A stretch of DNA of 64,000 nt from Klebsormidium nitens (Eukaryota > Plantae > Klebsormidiophyceae). Shown one piece after another: positions 13,051 through 23,329 of the stretch. The stretch lies in assembly GCA_000708835.1 (NCBI GenBank), contig DF236995.1, forward strand, positions 124,001 to 188,000. The letters run 5' to 3'. Under the pieces are notes generated by a model, which was given only the letters and a program-made list of their open reading frames with translations, was not told the origin of the DNA and made no database searches. Each line of letters starts with the position of its first letter. Positions within the stretch are counted from its first letter, which is position 1. Made by a program: the position numbers and the translations under genes.

Positions 13051-13466
13051 GAACGCGAAGTTTTCGGCGAAGGGGAGGAGGCTACAGCTGTAGCCATAAA
13101 GATTGAACCGTCTCAAAAAAGTGAAACGAGCGCGCGCTCGAGTGCATGCGCAGTGCGCGCGCGCCTTCTTGATTCGTCAGCTAAAAGTCGAGACTGTATC
13201 GTCCAACTCCTCAAGTACTGTTTACAAGTCTTAAAGATCAGGTCGGATGACTCGAACATTCAAACATTCCTCGAAGAGGCTCGAACAGTAATCAACCGGC
13301 TGAGAACCATGGCTGTATAGCTAGCCTGGCGTGTAGACTCTATTTGAAGACTGGAGGCGTTCAAGACTCAAGCGTTCGTCAAGCCAAGACCCGGAGGATT
13401 GCCGAAGATTGGCGGACACGAGGAGCGGGACAAGGGGAGAGTCGTAGGCCAAGTATAAGCCAGGGG

Positions 13467-14319
13467 TGTGACGTGGGAGTAGCGTGTCAATATAGGTAGA
13501 TCGAGATACAGAGAGACCGGGCTCGATAAGTGTATGGACATGAATTCGCTCCGTGTTGGAGTCTACGAAGTACTAATCGCAAGGCTGTAAATAGAATTGA
13601 TGCTTCTTCCCAAAAGAACTAAGTTCAAGCTGTGAGTCGATCTGAAGCGGACTTGAAGAGCGCTTTCCGAATTAGGTCGCGCTTTCGTCTTAACTCGTAG
13701 GCTGCTTGTGAACGGAACACAACACAAGCTGTAACAACGAAGCACCACGTTTTTCGAGAACGCCTCAACAACTCGTTTCAGGCCCAGGAGCCCGGCCCCT
13801 CGGGGCTGCCCGTCACGTCTTCTCACTCGTTCGCGCTTGCATCATCCCTACGCGCTTGAGCGGCAAGCTCAGCTCGTGCCGCATATTGGAACGGAGGAAG
13901 TCAAGTACTTCGTTTCTAATCGCTTCGAGGGCTGAAGGAAGTCAAGTACTTCAGCTCGCACATCATAACACAGGGACGAAGGAAGCTCAGTACTTCGTTT
14001 CTGCTCGTTTCGCAAGCTGGGAGATATATATTTCAGCTTGCGCATCATATCGTCAGCAGTACAGCACGTTCCGTTCATGCGTGCAGCTCTTTGAGGTGCG
14101 CACCAACCAATTAGACTACAGCAGAGCCGCGCGCTTCAATTGTTGAGCGAGGGCAGCTTTCTCAGGCTACAAGAGACGGTATGGAGAACAATTGGGCAGA
14201 ATGGAAGTGAATACCTCCTCCGAATACACACCGTTGAACAGCAAGCGCAACTTAGCGCCTGGCTACAAGTTGCAAACACAAACTTCTTGGGTTTGATGAA
14301 TCTCGCCGAAGTTGTCACA
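13467..14319 (+). mobile_element. Possible LTR-like remnant
   Basis: Starts TGTGAC directly after a purine-rich run (AAGCCAGGGG) and ends GTCACA, giving a 6-bp terminal inverted repeat. No TSD, second LTR or retro-ORF seen. Confidence 0.2.
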
Positions 14320-14789
14320 GCCGTCTTGTGAAGCCGCTCATGCGGCAACTTTCAGTAGAGGACAACACCCTATCAAACTGATCGACCACACAAAAGCTGG
14401 CCAGCCACCGTTCAATTCACGCAACAAACGGGACCGTTCTTTCTGCGAAGTTGAACAAGAGTCTCAACTATCAGTTGCTCTGAAAGGTCTGGCCGTTAAG
14501 ATCGCTTAGCTTTCAAAGGCGTGCATCACTCGGCATCCTAGCACTATGTTTAGGTTCAAGCTTCCCCCTCAAGTTGCTGCTGCTACTTCAGGAGGGAGGA
14601 GATTAATTTGAATCCTTGCGTATTAGATAAAGGGTTTGGTGACAATCTGCCCTCTTGTACAGCAAACCTGTGACTGATTCTCCTCTTGAAGTAAGTCAAT
14701 TTGCGTGCAGCAGTGAAGGCGATCCCGCTCTCACTAAAATTGTGAGTGCGTCAAAGCCACGTGCATGGGGCTATCGCACTATTGGAAGC

Positions 14790-17700
14790 TCAGCTTGATG
14801 CCTCCGCGGCGGCCGCGTCGAGCGCTCTTTCGACGCGCCTGAGCGCCTCGGCCAGCGCAACGCCGTACGCGCTCTTCTCGCCCAAAGGGTTTTGGGTTTC
14901 GGGGAGCGACTCTTGCGGCCCCGCGGCCGCGCGCCGCGCGCGCTCGCGCGCTCTCCCGTGGTCTTCGTAGCTGATGGACGGCAGCATGCTTGCGATGACG
15001 GCCCTCTTCCGCTCGATCTCCGCCTCCGGAATCCGTTGGAGCGTCTCGATGATGTCAGCTCCGCCCCAAGTGACGTCACCCTCCGGAATGAAGACGGAGT
15101 AGCTACTCTCGTCGGCGGGCAGGAATGACGTGTACTCGTCGTAGGCGGATGCGCGCTGGAAGAGAACTGGGATGCAGCCCGCCTGCATACGTAGACAAAG
15201 TAAAGCCGTCCTCAAAACCTCCAGACTTTTCGCAAACACGTTTTCTTCAGAACTGTTGACTGCTGAAGAACCAGGAGAATACAGCCGGCCTGCAAAAAAT
15301 GCTTCCTTTTGTTTCTTCGTGCAAACAGTTCTCTTGCTGCTTTTGATAGTCTGTCCTGTCGACGAAGCATCTGTGTTGCGATGCTGGGGCCCTGGACCGC
15401 ACGGCCGCTGAACGAAAAGGGTCGGTTCAAACGCTTCGCAAACCCGCATCTTTAGTTGCCAGTATCGATTGGCGAGATCCATCCAGACACAGTTTCCCAT
15501 TCTCGAAGTGCCGAACACCGGTTGACCCGCAAGCACTTGAGCGATATGAGTAGAATAAACACAATCAAAAGGGTCACAAACTGACGGCGAACGGAAACCT
15601 CAATGCTCAATCTCGGTACGTCAACCCGACCTGCAGCGTGTCGAAGAGAGCACACCGGCTTGGCGTGTCTTCCATTCGCTGCAGTCCGCAGAAGTGCGCC
15701 CGGGGCTACCCCCCAAGCACCGTTGTACATAAGCAAGACCTGACCGAACAATCGAAGAGAACAACGCCGGAAGCTGGCAGTAACGAGTGGCTTAAAAAAG
15801 AAGCAACGACTTGATACTACCTGAAGGGTTAGACTTTCGAATTCTGGGCCCGTAGATCAAACGGACTTACAGCGAGTCGGAGAAGCAATTAAGCTCCACC
15901 GGGTTGGCGTGTTTCCCAGCGCGCGGCTGCAGGTAAAAGGGCGCCCGGAGCTGCCAGTGCTCCTCGAGCACTTTCGTACCGCAAACAACACAAGAATTGA
16001 CCCGAAAAGTCAGATTTTCAAAGTTTGGCCCCGGGAGCTTGCTTCTTACCTGGAGCGAATCAAAGAAGCTCCGCCGGGTTGGCGTATCCCCCGGCGGCTG
16101 CAGGCAAAATTGCGCCCGGAGCTGCCCGCTGAGGACCGTCGTACAGTAGCATTCCGAGCCGCAGTTTACCACTTCACATTCTCCCGGGTGATTTGCGCAC
16201 TGCTCGGCAATTTTGCTCCGCAAGTTGCGGCCCCACCAGAGCGCGTCCCGGTCTAGTTGCCCCGTGAAGTTGATCAGGACTGTGCGGTTGGCGGAGAGAA
16301 TGAGGGATTTGTGGGTGGTGATCTCTTCCGGGGTTGCTGGATGAAAGCAGGTGGGGTAGGGGATGCTAACCTGAGAGAAACAGAAAACCGGGCCGTTTGC
16401 CACTGGCATATTGGGTCGATTCGAATTCTACAGATTGAAAATCTGATCGAGGTCTGAGATGGTAAATACGGTAAGTACATATGCACCTCTTTTGAATATG
16501 TTTATGTTGAGGGTCACCGGGGGAAAGCCTAGCCTAGGGAATGTTGACCTGAGAGAATGAGAGAAACGGGCCGATTGCCAGTGGCATACTGCTATTGTCT
16601 CGGTGGAAAATAAAAACTTGATCGGGGTCAAAACGGGTTTGCGGAGTATCAACAGCAGCTTTGATTGTGGTTGAGTGAAGGTTGAGGGGTGGACGCAGGT
16701 GAGGTAGGGGATGCTGACCTAAAGGAAAAGGCCGGAACGGTTGTTCCAGTGACTGGATAAATATCGTGACCAGGTTACTGGAGCTAAGAGTTGACGAGAG
16801 CAAGAAGATAAAAGTGTCACGAAGCATGACGAATTCTTGGGTCAGAGACAGAAGCTTATCAGAAGTGGGAGAGAACTTGGAGGAGAGTACTTGCGTTGAC
16901 CAAAAAACGCGGCGCGGCGCTGACGCAAAGGAACAAGCGACGTTGAACTGTCGCGAAATTTCCGACATCAAACAGGTGACTCCAAGCGTTCCCTCCTTCA
17001 TCGAAGCCTCTGGATTCTACTAAGATCACAGCTGCGCGGCGGAATCAGGAACTTCATCGAACATAAAGACCGCCAAAGGGGAGAGACGTTTGAACGCCTT
17101 ACTTGCCGTTCCTGGCTCGTGAGGTCGTTCGACTCGATCCCCATTATTACAAAACGCTTGGTGTGCTTCGTCTTGAGCAGCCCATTGGTGCAACACGTGT
17201 CGTCCTGTAAGCCGTCGTACGTGCACCGCCCCATGGTCGTGATGTGGTCCCGGCCCTTGTGCCTGGACACGTGGCAGGATTTGAATGCATTGGAAAATGT
17301 GAAAAGTTACACGTGTCGTCCTGTGGGCCATCGGAGGTGCAACGTCCCGTGCACGTGATGTTGTTCCGGCCCTTGTGCCTGGACACGTGGCAGAGTAAAG
17401 AGATAAAACATTAGGCATAAGGAGAGACTCGATGGAACGCACATGTGGGTCGATCGAACGGCCCAAAAAAGGTAGAAGGATTCAGAACCATCTTGAAGGA
17501 CCTCCAGCGCTTCGAAGCTCCCTCTTTGTTTCTAAGTTTGACCCGCGTTGGCTTCATCTGTACCGACAAATGCCTGTGCACAAAGATTGGGAAATCTTTT
17601 CGGGGCGGCTCCAACCGTTCTCATCGGCGTACAAGGTCCCCATCGACCCAGGTCTTGTTCAACAGAGCTTTTGGTCAAACGTTAAGCCCTTTCTTCGCAT

Positions 17701-20224
17701 ATATTTTGGGCCACAAGCCAACAAATAATTGCCTCGTCGCATCCTGGCCCAACAGGGATACCTTTCTCTGAATTTTCTCTCTGAATTTGTCTAAATGTTC
17801 TGAACACCCACTTCTATTCTGGACTGGTCGCATATTACTCACCCTCAGATGTTGGGTTTTCTAAGGTCTCACCTGCGAAGATACGGCAGCTTGTTGAGCT
17901 GGGCGCCCAGCAATCTCCCTACCCAGCCCAGCGGAGACACCCCGGGACACGTGCCGATCCCGCAGTGGGTCGTACGGTTGAGGTGCAGCACGCCGGTGTA
18001 AATCGGCACGTAGAACGCGGCCGCATCTTCGCCACGTGTCGTGCGGCAGGGATACGAGTCGCGCATGTACTGCGGAATGAAGGGGAACAGTAGAGAGTTC
18101 AGCTGGCGTAAGCAGTGGGCGTCTTCCGTTCCGCTGCAACGGAGTACTCTGATTGATGGAGAGGATACAGCGGAAACGTTCGGCCTCAAACTGGAGCGTC
18201 GTGCCTTATTGGAGGGAAATATGGCGCCAATCACTTTGCTGCCTCGCATACAAGGTCTTCTGACCCTGCCGTCACGACAGTTTGTCGAACGGAAACCTCG
18301 GAACCGGAAAAGCGGGACTAGACCGGACAGCTGTTCTTTCCATCTGAAAGAACTTCCCAGCCAGAACATGAGGCTCAGATCGGCGCTGCAGATCGGACGA
18401 ACACGAAGTCAGCGGACCCCTAGAAAACCACTCGCTCCCCCGTCACGAACGCACATGCGAAGTATTCATCGGCGCTCCCCCAAGAATCGGCCGATCCAGG
18501 TACATAAACGGGCAGATCCAGGTGCATTAGTGGGCAGATCCAGGAATATAACCGGGCAGATCCAGGAACATAACCTGGCAGATCCAGGTACCTTTTTTCA
18601 GTTTCTGGTTGAGACCCCGCACCTGGTGGAACATCACCTCCAGCCCAAACTGGCCGGTGTCCGCCCAGCTGTCCGCCGGACTCCCAATGTCGCTCAGGAA
18701 CGCCGTTTCCGTTCCGGTCAGGCGCGGCCCGATTCCGCCGAACTCCGGCGAGTAGATGACGCACGCATTGCGCGCTTGCGTGTACGCGAGGTATAAGGCG
18801 CCGCACGACGGGCCGAAAAGCTCCACGTTGAATTCGGGCGGCAGGTCGTATACGTATACGAGCTCGTGAGGACGGCAACTAGGATGGGGCCTGCGAGCGA
18901 AGAATGGGAGGTGGAAATTGGAGAGTTGATCTTATGACGGATTGCCAGATGAAGTGGATCTTAAGAAGAGCTACTCAGCGCGTATCACTCATCAAATTGT
19001 CTTATCAAAACCTACAGAGCAACCGCGTTTTGCCAGGACGTTCTGACATGCAGCCAGCCAATCAAAGGAGTCGAGGAGCTGATAAGCGCTGAGAGAGAAA
19101 ACACTCTTCTAAAGCAGCACGGACGGCAAAGTCTGGAGGAATGCTCTGCTCCTTATTCCTTGATTGGCACTTACCAAAGCCACAATTTGGAATTATGAGA
19201 CTATTGGATCGCAGAAGCAGGTTGTTCACAATAAGAACAAAAAGCATACCAGCGAAATGTCCTCCGATCAGGATCCGCCATGTTGCAGCTTCGTGAACTT
19301 TTCAGAATCCTTCGAACCATCGCAAAATGCCCATCGAATTGTGGGCCACTTCTAACAAAGATCTTCTCACCTGTCTTCTTCTGCTCCTTTCGCGCTCAGC
19401 TCCCGGTTTGCGTGTGGCCCGACGGCTCCTTCTCCTCTGAGTTCCTCACTCTCATCTTCTGCAGCCTCCAAAAGAAGGTCACCCACTGAACCGCTTTCCG
19501 ATGCCACGTACTCTTCCCTGTTCTGCCCACCGTCCTTTCCTTCCGCTTCTACTCTGTCTGTTTGAAACTCCGCCTTTTCCTCTGTACTAGGCTCCTTCCG
19601 TTCGGCACTGCTCTCATCATCTTCCTTCCAGACCTCTTCTGTTGCGTCTCCCTTGATCTTCTCACCCTCCTCTTGGCCCTTTCCTTCTCCGTCTCCGGTC
19701 ACGTGTTCATCCTCAAGCTCCGTTTCTTCCTCCAACCTTATCGCTTCTTGTCGTGCGATGTTGTCTTCTTCATTTTCTTTGGGTGCTTCTATAGGCATTA
19801 CCAACCCCCCCTCGAAAAGATCAAGCAGCTGACCAGGTTCCGCAATGCGGTCTGCGCTTAACCCTTTTCCTTCCCTCGTTAACCCAGCCTCACCAAGTAC
19901 CTCCCCTTCCCCCTCTATTTCGGTCATTTCCTCATCCGCTCTTTTATCTACAAGCCAATCTTCCTGACCGAGCCCCGCATGTGGCTCTTCGTTTCCCACC
20001 CTTGCGCCCCGCTTCTCCAACCCCCAATCTACCTCCAGAAGGTTTCTTTCGGTTCTGTTTGAACCGCGGCAGAATACTCTCGTGCCCCCCAGGCGGAACC
20101 CCTCCCCGCGGAAGCATCCCGTGAAAACTGGTTGTGATAGGCTGATCGTAACAGAGAGGATCAAAGCTACAGGGACCTGCCACCAGCGGAAAAGGCGGCA
20201 GATCGTGTAAGGCCGCGCGGGCAT
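14790..20224 (-). CDS. GT47 exostosin-family glycosyltransferase, MUR3/KATAMARI1-like xyloglucan galactosyltransferase clade; about 730 aa, 6 exons
   Basis: Exons 19371-20224, 18623-18890, 17873-18069, 17103-17262, 16050-16370 and 14790-15182 have GT-AG ends and consistent phases (2193 nt). Motifs: N-terminal TM anchor, VYVYDLPPEFN, TGQFGLEVMFH, GRDH, IPYPTCFHP, FCLQPPGDTPTRRSFFDS, GCIPV. Confidence 0.92.
18489..18590. repeat. Intronic minisatellite, 5 x 22 bp (core GATCCAGG)
   Basis: GATCCAGG recurs at a 22-bp period inside GT47 intron 2, close to the donor site. Confidence 0.9.
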
Positions 20225-21491
20225 GGCTGCGACTTTGATTTGCTACCGGCCCTTTGGGGAGGCTCAAGCTGAAATCAGCTGCTCTGATGTTTGCTTCGGA
20301 AACAGATGACCGAAAGGGAGAATTAAAGAAGCGCACCACTCTTGAAGCTTCCTGGTTTGCAGATGGGACATTCTGAGCAAGGGGTATGCAATGCCGTGAC
20401 TACGATTAAGTGGACAGAGACTTTGCTGTGAGAATTGGTCCTATCTTAATGCGGCAAAGTGAGGATCTGGGTCTGCAACACTGCACAAGCTAATTTCATC
20501 AACTGGCGGACCGCTCAAGGTAACAGTCTATTGGCGACTCAGCGGTGGCAGTCAATTTGAAGAAGGCGTTTTTGCTTCCTTAAGTGGTCGCTGCTCAAAG
20601 CTGGGCAAGCTGCTCAGTGCGGGTTCACGGTAGATGATGCCAGGATCTGTTGCTGCTTAGAGCGATACGCTGAGACACTTCGCACCGGCCACTTTGAACA
20701 AGGAGCATAAACCCTCATTTTACGCCGGTCGCTTCCACCGGCCACTTCCTTTTCGTGGACGCGAATTTGCAAGGCTAAGACAGGTGTATCAGAGTCAGCA
20801 TTGCAGCTCTGATTTCACCTTCAATTCCCCAGTACTTTGTCAAAGCAAAGGACATGGCATTGGACTTTATCTGAATCCCAAGGATGCTTTGGAGTCTGGC
20901 GTATGGTATGCGGGCAGAAGGCAATGCCGACAAGCGCTGCTGAGCACTACATCATCTAATAGAGGCTATAGCTCTAGCCCATGCCGATCTGCAGCTGGAA
21001 TGCTTTGAGTGCCAGCTGGCATAACTTTCAGACAGGTCACGCGACTTTACAATCGCACGACAACGGAAGGGAAAGTGCTACAGGATCCCCATCGGAGCAG
21101 TTTTCCTCATTGCATCATGTAGCCGGCACAAGTGCAGGTCGCTAGATCCATGCTGCTGAACAGAAGCTTGCTCAAAGGCATTTGAATTTTGACGATGCCG
21201 ATGCAGATCAAGCAGGCGCTACCGAGCTCCGGAACCTTCTCACACCATTGGCATTGGTATGGCGGATATCCGGTCCACTAATAGTAATGTGCATAATGGC
21301 GGCCTCCACATTGGGGGATACGTTCTGAGGAAAAGTGAACACCTCAGAGGGGGGGTACTCGGGAGAAGCGGATAGGCAGTATTCAGTACCAGCCCTACGT
21401 CGGCCGGATGCGTCATGAGTCGCGACAAGCCTAGATCCTCGGAAAGGGCAGTACCTATTTAAAGCCTTGCTTGCCTATTCTCACTTCCCTT

Positions 21492-23329
21492 GCCCTGGCC
21501 TTTTTGTAAGGGGCCCCCGGGCCCCGGGGGCCTCGGGAGTCTATATGTTTGGGTCGTATAACTTTTTAAAAAGTTAATTGTATGGACTTTTTCAAAAGTT
21601 TGAATTCGCCAATTTAATTGTATTTTCTACAAGAAATATATATTTGTTTTGGTAAATTAATAACAATATGCTGACGTCATGAATAGTGACGTCAGCAACA
21701 CATTAGCAACACAACTGCTATTAATATCTAGGCACCTGCTATTACCTGAGCATGCAGTGCGGACAAGTAATGATTTATTGAGACTCAATCAATCAGATTG
21801 CCGCTCGGCGGCATTCAAGGGCGTGCGCCGTGGTCTCATAACAGTTTTCCAATGTACAGTGACTGCCGGCCGGCGGGGTGGTCGGCGGCTGGTGAAAGTG
21901 CCCGGGGACGAGCGGATAGGGGATCCGGTGCAGGGTTTCCCACAGCCGGCAAGAGAACCTGGACCTGGCCGGCCGAGATGGGACCCCGGCCGGTGCCGAA
22001 GGCACCCCGCCGGCTGCTAGCCGGCAGAAAATGCAGGCACTTGCTAGGCCCAGCCGGCCGGTACAGCCAAAGACCGCCTATCGAGCCGGCTGAACCGGGG
22101 GGCCGCCGGCAGCTGGCCGGCCGGGACAAAAGTCCGTGGGAAACCCTGATCCGGCGGAGGCAGCGGCAACCGGTTCAAACGCCCCGGGCTGATCCGCGGG
22201 CATTTATACCTGATTAAATATATTCTGGGAGTTGAGGCGGCTTGACATGGGCTTGACATATAGATGTAATTCTCACAGGGTATTCGGGTATATATGCCCT
22301 GTTCTCGTACCAAAATACCTAGGCCGTAAATTAGTACGAAGCAAGTGCATTTTCCCGAAAATTCGAACGTCCAATCTGAGAATCTAAGGGGGCTAGCCCC
22401 GGGCTAGCCTTTAACTTGAAGAGTGGCGGCTCAGTGGCTGAAATACTTTCGCAAAACCGATAAACCGAGTCAACCGTGTGACACCTAAGACCCACCTAGA
22501 ATGTGGCCGCCCCGTGGCCGCCGGCGGATTGTCGGTGGATTGTCGGTGGACAAGGGAGTAGTCTGTCTGGTCTGTCGAACACGAATCATCATAATTACAA
22601 ATGTTGCAAGGCATATTTGTCGCACATTTGTTGATTTGTGTGACTGTCTGTACGGTAGGTAAAGACTCTCAGACTATTACCAGTATCCTACGTTGAAGAG
22701 TGTCTCTAGCTGTTTGATAATGCCGCTCGGCGGAACTCTTGCGAGCAGCGGCGGAATCCTGAAGAATCAGAGTGCCAGCACGGAGGTGGAGAAGATTGTT
22801 TGATGACTCATATACCCACTGCACTGTAACTTGGTCTGAAACAAAAACAATATACATATTTATACACTGACCGTTGACGGACGATCATATATCTTTCTTT
22901 GACCAGGAAAGGGGCAGGAAAGCAGCTCGTACATCGGTGGTGCTTGAACAGACACGAAGTGCCCCGCACTGAGGCCAGTCGGGTCCGCTCCAAGTTAGAC
23001 TCTTGTTTTTGCAAATTAACCAGTCTGCCGCTCAGGGGCATTCAATGATTGTACAATCTCCGAGTGGACCCGGATATGACCAAGTACCCCCTGATACGCG
23101 CTAGCGCGCGCGCTGTATACGCTTGCTGACGTCATGGACCAAACTTAAATATTAAAGGTTAATATTATCTTTATTAAAAGATATGTGATATATTTCCGGC
23201 GACCATCTTTTCGCTGACGTATGTACAAAGACGTCTTGACGTAAGAAAGACGTCTTTCAAAGACGGTTTTCAACAACTTTTGAAAAAGTTATACGTCCCA
23301 AACATCGAGCCCGGGGCCTCGGCCAGGGC
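21492..23329. mobile_element. Putative non-autonomous DNA transposon with imperfect long terminal inverted repeats
   Basis: Left end GCCCTGGCC...GCCCCGGG...ATGTTTGGGTCGTATAACTTTTTAAAAAGTT. Reverse complement of the right end GCCCTGGCC...GCCCCGGG...ATGTTTGGGACGTATAACTTTTTCAAAAAGTT. Both ends have AT-rich subterminal blocks ending in TGACGTCAGCA. No transposase ORF and no TSD recognised. Confidence 0.55.

Noticed and set aside
18489-18590. CRISPR-like appearance of the short repeats (also 681-1042)
   Set aside because: The context is a eukaryotic intron, the inter-core sequences are related rather than unique spacers, and there are no cas genes.
18041-18796. 251-aa plus-strand ORF
   Set aside because: It is antisense to GT47 exons and introns, is Arg-rich, and is kept open by GC content and the minisatellite.
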